Assembly: GCA_951406725.2 (NCBI GenBank) | Contig: OX597843.1 | Location: 16,616,001 to 16,680,000, forward strand | From: Octopus vulgaris | Taxonomy: Eukaryota | DNA: 64,000 bases | Reading direction: 5' to 3' | In this document: positions 12,039 to 27,100 of the stretch, piece after piece | Layout: the number at the start of each line of letters is the position of its first letter | How positions within the stretch are numbered: position 1 is the first letter of the stretch | The notes under the pieces: generated by a model | The model's database searches: none | The model's input: only the letters and a program-made list of their open reading frames with translations | Told to the model about the DNA's origin: nothing | Made by a program: the position numbers and the translations under genes

Positions 12039-12788
12039 ACACATACACTTACATATATACATACATATATATACGATTGATTTGTTTCAGTTCCTGTCCA
12101 CGAAATCCATATATATATGAGACACTGCGTAGAGCTTTTTTAAATTTTGATAAGCCTGGTACTTATTCTATCAGTTTCTTCTTGTGAAACCAGTATGTTA
12201 TGGGGATGTAAATAAACGAACACCAGTTGTGAAGCAGTGATGAGGGATAAACACACAGACTTACATACATACATAGATATATATACGATTGATTTCTTTC
12301 AGTTTCTGTCTACAAAATCCACTGACAAGGCTTTGGTTGGTCTCAGGCTATAGTAGAAGACACATGCCAAGTTACCACACAGTGGGGCTGAACTGAGAAC
12401 CATGTGTTTTGGAACCATAAGAATATTTATGCATAAATCTAAAATCTTAAATAATTTCTTTGTTATTGTAGTATATATCAGTAAAAAATGGAATATTCCC
12501 AAAATTGCATGATTAACTAAATTATTTTCATTTCTTATTTAAACGTGAAAATTCTCTTGAAAATCAGTTTTAAATAAAGATGTGATATAATAACACTTAT
12601 TTATCGATACCTAAAAACTGAATACTTATCATGCAGTGCCTTACTGCTTTCTGCTGGATTTTACCTCGAGAAAGGAACCCTGAGGAAGGAGGGCTGAATT
12701 TCGAATACTTCGTACAACAAACGGCTGCAGGTTAGGAAAAAATTTTAATCGCCTCTTTCAATTTAGGTTTTTATTTTTCATGTTTATA

Positions 12789-13355
12789 TTGGGTTGTCCG
12801 GAAAGTTCGTTCCGATTTTTAAAGGAAAGTACATGGTCACTAAATACTTGCCATTACATTTTTAATGAACCAAATCTGAACCATTTCGTTGCACAATACG
12901 TCTCCATCTTACATTTACCTTAAAAATACCCTCTTCCCAGAATTGGGGTGGTTTCAAGGCAAATAATTCATCAAGGTATCTTTTTACGTCATCTAAGGAA
13001 TTGAAATTTTCACCATTAAGACTATTCTGCAGAGACCTGAATAAGTGGAAATCCGAAGGAGTAATATCTGGTGAATATGGAGGGTGGGGTAAGTCACCCC
13101 AGCCAAGCTGCAGCAATTTTTGTCTGGTTCCCAAAGCATCAAATGCCGATAATGAATTTTTCTCATCTTTTAATTTAAAGGGTTACAGAATTAACACAGG
13201 TTATTGGAACATGAACCTTCTTCCACGAAAAGATAGATTAAACTGTGCTCCAAATGGAGGTGTAGTCAAATCCTATCTTATGGACTCAAACATGTTCTAA
13301 AATAAGTCGAAATATAAGCTACTATAAATCTGCAAGAACTTTCCGGACAACCCAA
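12789..13355 (-). mobile_element. Internally deleted mariner element
   Basis: TIRs TTGGGTTGTCCGGAAAGTTC... / ...GAACTTTCCGGACAACCCAA flanked by TA; transposase C-terminus HPPYSPDITPSDFHLFRSLQNSL. Confidence 0.9.
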
Positions 13356-13754
13356 TATTTCTATATTTTTATCATGAAATTTTTAATATAAATATGTGGA
13401 TATTCGTATGAAATAATACCTCATGTGCTACATCTGAATTTTCTTGTCTGAATGTTTTAAGACAAATATCCGAAATTTTTATCGTATACCACATTTTATT
13501 AATACTTAGCTCATATACGGAGATAAAAATGTTGTACTATATACTGCAGGTTATCTCCATTAAAATTATATTTAGCATTAGAATTCTTCAAGTTGTATAA
13601 AAATGGTTATTGTCTGCATCATTCGAAAGCGAAATAAATTTTGCATAAGGTGTAAAAGATAAAAATAATTTGTATGGTGTTAGTAACAAAATATTTTGTA
13701 AGAAATAGAACTTTTATCGTCTGTCTTAAATATATTTTCGCCAGTGTATATATC

Positions 13755-16322
13755 TCAGGTCATCCCATAAGTTCTGTTTGAATTTTGGATAAATAATGCA
13801 AGTGATCAAATGTTATATTTAATTGAAAGTTAATCATCAATATACTTTCCCTAATTATCTATGACTTACCTCCATCTATTTACAAGCTTTTAATCCCATC
13901 AACGTAAAACTCTTTTGGTTTCAAAGCGAAGAACTCTGAAATGTCAGGTTCGACCTCCCCCTGGCTTGCGAAAGTTGTATCCCCCTACTAATTCTGTAAA
14001 CTATGAAACAAATGGTATCGTGAAGGAGTAAGGTCGGGAGAATAAGTTGGATGAAGAAATTTTTCCAAACCGACCCCTTCGATCTTCTGTGATGTGATCT
14101 TTGCAGTGTGGGGTTGCGCATTGTCCTGATGAAACATCACTCGTTTTCGACTCACTAAAGCGGCTCTTTTTTCCTTCAAAGCTTGGTTCAAACGCTCTCA
14201 TTGCTGACAGTAGACTTGAGCATTGATTGTTGCATTAGGTGGTAACAATATAAAGTGAATTACGCCTTTGCAATCGCACCAGATAGAGAGTAGAACCTTT
14301 TTCCCATGAAGTTCCTTTCTCGGTTGTGGTTGAGAATTTTCCCTTTTACCAAGCCACTGTTTACGACGTCTAACATTTCGATAGAAAATCCATTTTTCAT
14401 CACAAGTCTATCGAAAAATGGTGAAATGAGTTTGCGAGAATGGAGAGAAGAGCAGATGCCAACTCGGGATTTGCGGTTGCTTTCGGACAATACATAAGGC
14501 ACCTATTTTCCAAGTTTAGGAATCTTTCCACGTTGTTGTAGATGACGATGAACTGTTGTATGGTTTGAAGTAAGCTTTATTGCCAATTCTTCAACTGATA
14601 ATGACGGATTTTCTTCAAGTAATGCCTCAAGGAGCTTGTCAAACTCAACTGGACATCCTGTTCGATCTTCATCTTCAATTTTGCAGACGATCTCCTGCAA
14701 GTTCTTTCATTCGACCACTTTGCCATAAACTGAGTGTATGTTTCGAGTCACTTCGGCAGCAGAGTTACCTTTATTGAACTCATAAAGAATTATATGTGCC
14801 TTAAATGCTCCTTGGATACTTCCATGTTGGAAGGGGTTTTAATCAAAGCAATTTTAGGGTGTCCACGAAGTCTGGGTTTATGGAATAAAATCTTAACATA
14901 AGAAATAATGATTTTCCTTTTTTACTTTTGTTTAAATTAAATAAAAAAAATACTTTACTTTTCTAAATTTATTTGTTATTTTTTCTACAGATGATCGAAT
15001 GATGGCTCTGTCTAAAGAAGAAAGAATCCCAGATCGAATGATGAATCTGTCTAAAGAAGAAAGAATCGAGTTAGTATTATTAAGTGGACGAGAGGGATGG
15101 TCTTATCGCAAAATTGCGGAAGAATTTAATCTTCCACACCCTTGTAGGCAAACTATTTATTTTACTGCCGTCAGGAAATTGATCAAGACATTTAAAGAAA
15201 CAGGCAGTGTTTCGGATAAACCCCGTTCCGGGCGACCAAAGACTTCAGATGAAACTAAAGAGGCTGTCGAGGCTAAAGTTTCTGCTAGCTAGCCCCAAAA
15301 AATCACTTCGTCGGACATCTACGGTGTTAGGTGTTCCAAAACCAACCATCCACAAAATGCTGGTTGAGGAAAAGTTTCATCGATACAACCTACAGATATT
15401 GCATCACTTAAATGAAGACGATCCTGATAGACGAATGTAGACGTGCGAATGGTTTTCAGATAAATTGGATGAATATATACATTTTACGAAAAACTTTGTG
15501 TTGTTCAGTGACAAAGCTACGTTTTATGTAAATGGTGAGGTCAACAGACAGAATCTTCTATACTGGTCTCGAGGTAATCCACATTGGATGGATCTATCCA
15601 AACAGCAAAAAGGTGATGGTGTGGTGTGGTTTTTGGAAAGCTCATGTTCTAGGACCCTTCTTCATTGAACATGTAACGGATGAGACTTATGCAAATATAT
15701 TGAGAGACAAATTAATATCTTAAATTGAGCGCCTAGGCGAGGGCCTTCCGAATTGGTTTCAGCAGGATGGGGCCCCTACCCATTTTGCCACAACTGTTAG
15801 AGATTGATTTAATGACACTTTTCCTCCTCACTAGATTGGAAGAAGGGGTCATATGGAATGGTCCCCTCGTTCACCAGACCTTTCTCCCCTTGATTTCTTT
15901 TTCTGGGGTATGTTGAAAGAGAAAGTTTACTCAATAAAGATTACAGATTTAAAACACACGAGAGAACGCATTACCAGTCAGTGTGCTTAAATTGATGGCA
16001 ATGTAGACTTATTTAATCAAGTTCACCTGAATTTTGCAAGGCGCATTAAGTTATCCATTGAAAATGATGGAAATCACTTTGAAAATATTATTTATTATAA
16101 TTAAATAAAATTGTTTTGTTTTAAAAGTATGTGTTAATTCCCATGTACGCAGACTTTGTGGACACCGTCTATTATTATGTAAAACAATATTGAATTAGTT
16201 TAAACGTACACAAATGCATAAAAATAATTTTTAATTGAATTAGACATTTGCAAATACTATTAAATTTCATTCAAATCTAAAAGAAACAGGTAAAATTGGA
16301 CAGAACTGACTGGATGACTTGA
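13755..16322 (-). mobile_element. Decayed mariner (DD34D spacing), interrupted by a nested element
   Basis: Degenerate TIRs TCAGGTCATCCCATAAGTTCTG / CAGAACTGACTGGATGACTTGA. Transposase fragments 13830-14825 (EDEDRTGCP, FHQDNAQPH, HPTYSPDLTPS); 34 residues separate D2 from the (mutated) D3 position. Confidence 0.85.
14857..16168 (+). mobile_element. Tc1/mariner DD41D (rosa/VS-type) element with pseudogenised transposase, nested in the mariner
   Basis: TIRs GGTGTCCACGAAGTCTG / CAGACTTTGTGGACACC. Fragments KTFKETGSV..KPRSGRP, LFSDKATF, VMVWCG, WFQQDGAPTH...WSPRSPDLSPLDFFFWG; 41 codons counted between D2 and D3; several stops. Confidence 0.88.
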
Positions 16323-17048
16323 TATATATAATCTATGATATTCTAGTAAGTTTCTAGTTTATAACACTTTGATATCTCATGTTATCTCATTTTATATGCC
16401 TAAGACGTTTATTTTCTATTCTGGTTTTTATATATTTCTATACATTATATTTGTATCTATAATTTATTTTAAGCCGAAACATAATACGATCCTTGTACGA
16501 ACGAAAGAACAAGAATGTCCTCTGGAACATTTATCTTCCACCGGCATTTGTAATCGATGGTGACATGTGCGATGATTTTGCGACAATCTTATATTTTACA
16601 GAGAAATTGGAAGCCCCGAATGTAAGTCAGCGCTTTATGCATAATTCAATATTTATAGTTCTTTATTTCTAACAGAAATTCTGTCCGCAATAACTATAGA
16701 TCTATTTCTAAGTGTAATTCTTTTTCTTTTCGTTCATGCATTCCCGTCTGTCTCTTGACGAAGCTTTCTTTCTGCAGCGTTCACCACGTCACCTCGTTAG
16801 GGTTAAACATCCCTTAGCGAAAATTTTGACTGTCCTGATTTTGTTAGCAGCTTTGACGTTCCACGTATTTCAAATTTTACCTAATTTGCTTTGGGGGAGA
16901 GCAATTGCTTTAACGAATACATATCTTCTTGCAATGCGGAGTAGGTAAAACTACAAACAATTGAGGAAGGATTGTGGGTTTTTATAAGCTGCGTTCACGC
17001 TATAGTTCTCTATGTAATTATAATTCTCCTTCCTCTCTTCGCCAAGCC

Positions 17049-17975
<927 letters not shown>

Positions 17976-18007
17976 AACCTGTTAATGAGTGGTGCGGACA
18001 AAGCCAT

Positions 18008-20707
18008 AGCGCTCACTGTTGTCTCGTAGCCACGGACATTAGAGCAGAGCTCTGGTCGCCGTAGCGCTCACTGTTGTCTCGTAGCCGCGGACATTGAGCC
18101 CAACGGCGCCCAGAGCGAGCTCTGGTCGCCGTAGCGCTCACTGTTGTCTCGTAGCCGCGGACATTGAGCCCAACGGCGCCCAGAGCAGGCTCTGGTCGCC
18201 GTAGCGCTCACTGTTGTCTCGTAGCCGCGGACATTGAGCCCAACGGCGCCCAGAGCGAGCTCTGGTCGCCGTAGCGCTCACTGTTGTCTCGTAGCCGCGG
18301 ACATTGAGCCCAACGGCGCCCAGAGCGAGCTCTGGTCGCCGTAGCGCTCACTGTTGTCTCGTAGCCGCGGACATTGAGCCCAACGGCGCCCAGAGCGGCT
18401 CTGGTCGCCGTAGCGCTCACTGTTGTCTCGTAGCCGCGGACATTGAGCCAACGGCGCCCAGAGCGAGCTCTGGTCGCCGTAGCGCTCACTGTTGTCTCGT
18501 AGCCGCGGACATTGAGCCCAACGGCGCCCAGAGCGAGCTCTGGTCGCCGTAGCGCTCACTGTTGTCTCGTAGCCGCGGACATTGAGCCCAACGGCGCCCA
18601 GAGCGAGCTCTGGTCGCCGTAGCGCTCACTGTTGTCTCGTAGCCGCGGACATTGAGCCCAACGGCGCCCAGAGCGAGCTCTGGTCGCCGTAGCGCTCACT
18701 GTTGTCTCGTAGCCGCGGACATTGAGCCAACGGCGCCCAGAGCGAGCTCTGGTCGCCGTAGCGCTCACTGTTGTCTCGTAGCCGCGGACATTGAGCCCAA
18801 CGGCGCCCAGAGCGAGCTCTGGTCGCCGTAGCGCTCACTGTTGTCTCGTAGCCGCGGACATTGAGCCCAACGGCGCCCAGAGCGAGCTCTGGTCGCCGTA
18901 GCGCTCACTGTTGTCTCGTAGCCGCGGACATTGAGCCCAACGGCGCCCAGAGCGTAGCTCTGGTCGCCGTAGCGCTCACTGTTGTCTCGTAGCCGCGGAC
19001 GTGTTCGAGCCCAACGGCGCCCAGAGCGAGCTCTGGTCGCCGTAGCGCTCACTGTTGTCTCGTAGCCGCGGACATTGAGCCCAACGGCGCCCAGAGCGAG
19101 CTCTGGTCGCCGTAGCGCTCACTGTTGTCTCGTAGCCGCGGACATTGAGCCCAACGGCGCCCAGAGCGAGCTCTGGTCGCCGTAGCGCTCACTGTTGTCT
19201 CGTAGCCGCGGACATTGAGCCCAACGGCGCCCAGAGCGAGCTCTGGTCGCCGTAGCGCTCACTGTTGTCTCGTAGCCGCGGACATTGAGCCCAACGGCGC
19301 CCAGAGCGAGCTCTGGTCGCCGTAGCGCTCACTGTTGTCTCGTAGCCGCGGACATTGAGCCCAACGGCGCCCAGAGCGAGCTCTGGTCGCCGTAGCGCTC
19401 ACTGTTGTCTCGTAGCCGCGGACATTGAGCCCAACGGCGCCCAGAGCGAGCTCTGGTCGCCGTAGCGCTCACTGTTGTCTCGTAGCCGCGGACATTGACT
19501 GTTGTCTCAACGGCGCCCAGAGCGAGCTCTGGTCGCCGTAGCGCTCACTGTTGTCTCGTAGCCGCGGACATTGAGCCCAACGGCGCCCAGAGCGAGCTCT
19601 GGTCGCCGTAGCGCTCACTGTTGTCTCGTAGCCGCGGACATTGAGCCCAACGGCGCCCAGAGCGAGCTCTGGTCGCCGTAGCGCTCACTGTTGTCTCGTA
19701 GCCGCGGACATTGGCCCACGGCAGAGCGAGCTCTGGTCGCCGTAGCGCTCACTGTTGTCTCGTAGCCGCGGACATTGAGCCCAACGGCGCCCAGAGCGAG
19801 CTCTGGTCGCCGTAGCGCTCACTGTTGTCTCGTAGCCGCGGACATTGAGCCCAACGGCGCCCAGAGCGAGCTCTGGTCGCCGTAGCGCTCACTGTTGTCT
19901 CGTAGCCGCGGACATTGAGCCCAACGGCGCCCAGAGCGAGCTCTGGTCGCCGTAGCGCTCACTGTTGTCTCGTAGCCGCGGACATTGAGCCCAACGGCGC
20001 CCAGAGCGAGCTCTGGTCGCCGTAGCGCTCACTGTTGTCTCGTAGCCGCGGACATTGAGCCCAACGGCGCCCAGAGCGAGCTCTGGTCGCCGTAGCGCTC
20101 ACTGTTGTCTCGTAGCCGCGGACATTGAGCCCAACGGCGCCCAGAGCGAGCTCTGGTCGCCGTAGCGCTCACTGTTGTCTCGTAGCCGCGGACATTGAGC
20201 CCAACGGCGCCCAGAGCGAGCTCTGGTCGCCGTAGCGCTCACTGTTGTCTCGTAGCCGCGGACATTGAGCCCAACGGCGCCCAGAGCGAGCTCTGGTCGC
20301 CGTAGCGCTCACTGTTGTCTCGTAGCCGCGGACATTGAGCCCAACGGCGCCCAGAGCGAGCTCTGGTCGCCGTAGCGCTCACTGTTGTCTCGTAGCCGCG
20401 GACATTGAGCCCAACGGCGCCCAGAGCGAGCTCTGGTCGCCGTAGCGCTCACTGTTGTCTCGTAGCCGCGGACATTGAGCCCAACGGCGCCCAGAGCGAG
20501 CTCTGGTCGCCGTAGCGCTCACTGTTGTCTCGTAGCCGCGGACATTGAGCCCAACGGCGCCCAGAGCGAGCTCTGGTCGCCGTAGCGCTCACTGTTGTCT
20601 CGTAGCCGCGGACATTGAGCCCAACGGCGCCCAGAGCGAGCTCTGGTCGCCGTAGCGCTCACTGTTGTCTCGTAGCCGCGGACATTGAGCCCAACGGCGC
20701 CCAGAGC
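18008..20707. repeat. 70-bp GC-rich tandem array, left arm (~38 units)
   Basis: Unit GCTCACTGTTGTCTCGTAGCCGCGGACATTGAGCCCAACGGCGCCCAGAGCGAGCTCTGGTCGCCGTAGC, almost invariant. Confidence 0.98.
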
Positions 20708-21139
20708 CGCCAGCTCAACACACTCAACACACTATACCCTAAGGAAGGCATGTGTAAAATTTGAATGAAATTGGTTGAGTAGTTCTCAAGTTATAGGGAA
20801 ATACACAGACAGACAGACACACATTCTCAGATACATAAAAGAATGAGAGTGGGTGATGTTTTATATATACACACATTTATATATGCATATTTATATATAG
20901 AACACACGCACACACACACACACACACACATACATTATAGCGTGAGTGAGGAAGATGGCTAGCAACCACACCTTTTAAGATGGATTTCTAAGGTAGCCCA
21001 CGAGCATCGTCACTTCATTCTACATGTCCCTGTAACCTTTGGAGCGAATCGGACGAGATGTAGTGGCATTGAAAGCGATCCAAGCGGTAAAAACGCATTT
21101 CAGTTCTATATAGAGAGATATATATAGATATATATATAT

Positions 21140-24100
21140 AAAGATATAAAAATTATATATATATGTATACAAATATATACAAATTATATATATGTATGTA
21201 AATATATACAAATTATATATATGTATGTAAATACATACAAATTATATATATGTATGTAAATACATACAAATTATATATATGTATGTAAATATATACAAAT
21301 TATATATATGTATGTAAATACATACAAATTATATATATGTATGTACAAAATATACAAATTATATATATGTAAACAAATTATATATATGTATATAAATATA
21401 TACAAATCATATATATGTATATAAATATATACAAATTATATATATGTATATAAATATATACAAATGTATATAAATGTATACACATTATATATATGTATAT
21501 AAATGTATACAAATTATATATATATGTATATAAACGTATACAAATTATATATATGTATCTAAACGTATACAAATTATATATATGTATATAAACGTATACA
21601 AATTATATATATGTTTATAAACGTATACAATTATATATATGTATATAAACGTATACAAATAATATATAGGTATATAAACGTATACAAATTATATATATGT
21701 ATATAAATGTATACAAATTATATATATGTATATAAATATAAACATTATATATATGTATATAAAGATATACAAATTATATATGTATATATATATATATACA
21801 AATTATATATATGTATATAAATATATACAAATTATATATATGTATACACATATATACAAATTATATTTATGTATATAAATATATACAAATTATATATATG
21901 TATATAAATATACACAAATTATATATATACATAAATATATACAAATTATACATATATGTATACAAATATATACAAATTATACATATATGTATACAAATAT
22001 ATACAAATTATATATATGTATACAAATATATACAAATTATATATATGTATACAAATATATACAAATTATATATATGTATATATATATATATACAAATTAT
22101 ATATATGTATACAAATATATACAAATTATATATATGCATACAAATATATACAAATTGTATATATGTATACAAATATATACAAATTCTTTATATGTATACA
22201 AATATATACAAATCATATATATGTATACAAATATATACAAATTATATATATGTATGCAAATATATACAAATTATATATATGTATACAAATATATACAAAT
22301 TATATATATGTATACAAATATATACAAATTATATATATGTATACAAATATATACAAATTATATATATGTATACAAATATATACAAATTATATATATGTAT
22401 ACAAATATATACAAATTATATATATGTATACAAATATATACAAATTATATATATATGTACACAAATATATACAAATTATATATATGTATACAAATATATA
22501 CAAATTATATATATGTATAAAATATATACAAATTATATATATGTATATAAATATATACAAATTATATATATGTATATAAATATATACAAATTATATATAT
22601 GTATATAAATATATACAAATTATATATATGTATATAAATATATACAAATTATATATATGTATATAAATATATACAAATTATATATATGTACATAAATATA
22701 TACAAATTATATATATGTATACAAATATATACAAATAATATATATGTATACAAATATATACAAATTATATATATGTATACAAATATATACACATTATATA
22801 TATGTATCCAAATATATACTTTTTATGTATATGTATACAAATATATACAAATTATATATATGTATACAAATATATACAAATTATATATATATGTATACAA
22901 ATATATACAAATTATATGTATGTATATAAATATATACAAATTATATATATGTATATAAATATATACAAATTATATATATGTATATAAATATATACAAATT
23001 GTATATATGTATAAAAATATATACAAATTATTATATGTATATATATAAATATATACAAATTATATATATGTATATAAATATATATAAATTATATATATGT
23101 ATACAAATATATACATTATTATATATGTGTATACAAATATATACAAATTATATATATGTATACAAATATATACAAATTATATATATGTATACAAATATAT
23201 ACAAATTATATATATGTATATAAATATATACAAATTATATATATGTATACAAATATATACAAATTATATATATATATACAAATATATACAAATTATATAT
23301 ATGTATACAAATATATACAAATTATATATATGTATACAAATATATACAAATTATATATATGTATACAAATATATACAAATTATATATATATATACAAATA
23401 TATACAAATTATATATATATGTATACAAATATATACAAATTATATATATGTATACAAATATATACAAATTATATATATGTATACAAATATATACAAATTA
23501 TATATATGTATACAAATATATACAAATATATATATGTATACAAATATATACAAATTATATATATGTATACAAATATATACAAATTATATATATGTATATA
23601 AATATATACAAATTATATATATGTATATATTTATATACATATATATAATTTGTATATATTTATACAAATATATATAATTTATATATATGTATACAAATAT
23701 ATAAATTGTATATATGTATATAAATATATACAAATTGTATATATGTATATAAATATATACAATTTGTATATATGTATATAAATATATACAAATTTATATA
23801 TATTTATATACATAATATTTATATATATACAAATTATATATATGTATACAAATATATACAAATTATATATATACAAATATATACAAATTATATATATGTA
23901 TACAAATATATACAAATTATATATATGTATACAAATATATACAAATTATATATATGTATACAAATATATACAAATTATATGTATGTATATAAATATATAC
24001 AAATTATATTTATGTATATAAATATATACAAATTATATATATGTATATATATATATATATACAAATTATATATATGTATATAAATATATACAAATTATAT

Positions 24101-27100
24101 ATATGTATATAAATATATACAAATTATATATAGTATATAAATATATACAAATTATATATATGTACATAAATATATACAAATTATATATATGTATACAAAT
24201 ATATACAAATTATATATATGTATATAAAATATATACAAATTATATATATGTATACAAATATATACAAATTATATATATGTATACAAATATATACAAATTA
24301 TATATATGTATACAAATATATACAAATTATATATATGTATACAAATATATACAAATTATATATATGTATACAAATATATACAAATATATATATGTATACA
24401 AATATATACAAATTATATATATGTATACAAATATATACAAATTATATGTATGTATATAAATATATACAAATTATATTTATGTATATAAATATATACAAAT
24501 TATATATATGTATATAAATATATACAAATTATATATATGTATATAAATATATACAAATTATATATATGTATATAAATATATACAAATTATATATATGTAT
24601 ATAAATATATACAAATTATATATATGTATATAAATATATACAAATTATATATATGTATACAAATATATATAAATTATATATATGTATACAAATATATACA
24701 AATTATATATATGTATACAAATATATACAAATTATATATATGTATACAAATATATACAAATTATATATATGTATACAAATATATACAAATTATATATATG
24801 TATATAAATATATACAAATTATATATATGTATACAAATATATACAAATTATATATATGTATACAAATATATACAAATTATATATATGTATACAAATATAT
24901 ACAAATTATATATATGTATACAAATATATACAAATTATATATATGTATACAAATATATACTAATTATATATATGTATACAAATATATACAAATTATATAT
25001 ATGTATATAAATATATACAAATTATATATATGTATATAAATATATACAAATTATATATATGTATACAAATATATACAAATTATATATATGTATACAAATA
25101 TATACAAATTATATATATGTATACAAATATATACAAATTATATATATGTATACAAATATATACAAATTATATATATGTATATAAATATATACAAATTATA
25201 TATATGTATGTAAACACATACAAATTATATATATATATATACAATATAAATATATACAAATTATATATATGGATATAAATATATACAAATTATATATATG
25301 TATATAAATATACTTTTTAATATATGTATACGAATATATACAAATTATATATATGTATACAAATATATACAAATTATATATATGTATACAAATATATACA
25401 AATTATATATATGTATACAAATATATACAAATTATATATATGTATACAAATATATACAAATTATATATATGTATACAAATATATACAAATTATATGTATA
25501 TGTATATATATATGTATGTAAATATATACAAATTACATATATGTACATAAATATATACAAATTATATATATGTATGCAAATATATACAAATTATATATAT
25601 GTATACAAATATATACAAATTATATATATGTATACAAATATATACAAATTATATATATGTATACAAATATATACAAATTATATATATGTATACAAATATA
25701 TACAAATTATATATATGTATACAAATATATACAAAATTATATATATGTATACATATATATACAAATTATATATATGTATACAAATATATACAAATTATAT
25801 ATATGTATACAAATATATACAAATTATATATATGTATACAAATATATACAAATTATATATATGTATACAAATATATACTTTTATATATATGTATACAAAT
25901 ATATACAAATTATATATATGTATACAAATATATACAAATTATATATATGTATACAAATATATACAAATTATATATATGTATACAAATATATACTTTATAT
26001 ATATGTATACAAATATATACAAATTATATATATGTATACAAATATATACAAATTATATATATGTATATAAATATATACAAATTATATATATGTATATAAT
26101 ATATACAAATTATATATATGTATATAAATATATACAAATTATATATATGTAAAATATATACAAATTATATATATGTATATAAATATATACAAATTATATA
26201 TATGTACATAAATATATACAAATTATATATATGTATACAAATATATACAAATTATATATATGTATACAAATATATACAAATTATATATATGTATACAAAT
26301 ATATACAAATTATATATATGTATACAAATATATACAATTATATATATGTATACAAATATATACAAATTATATATATGTATACAAATATATACACATTATA
26401 TATATGTATACAAATATATACAAATTATATATATGTATATAAATATATACGAATTATATATATGTATATAAATATATACAAATTATATATATGTATATAA
26501 ATATATACAAATTATATATATGTATATAAATATATACAAATTATATATATGTACATAAATATATACAAATTATATATATGTATACAAATATATACAAATT
26601 ATATATATGTATACAAATATATACAAATTATATATATGTATACAAATATATACAAATTATATATATGCATACAAATACATACAAATTATATATATGTATA
26701 CAAATATATACAAATTATATATATGTATATAAATATATACAAATTATATATATGTATACAAATATATACATATTATATATATGTATACAATTATATACAA
26801 ATTATATATATGTATACAAATATATACAAATTATATATATGTATAAAAATATATACAATTATATATATGTATACAAATATATACTAATTATATATATGTA
26901 TATAAATATATACAAATTATATATATGTATATAAATATATACCAATTATATATATGTATATAAATATATACAAATTATATATATGTATATAAATATGTAC
27001 AAATTATATATATGTATACAAATATATACAAATTATATATATGTATACAAATATATACTTTTTACATATGTATACAAATATATACAAATTATATATATGT

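Noticed and set aside
18008-20707. 70-bp array (and the 63-bp array at 55761) as a CRISPR array
   Set aside because: Units are contiguous with no unique spacers, there are no cas genes, and the context is eukaryotic.
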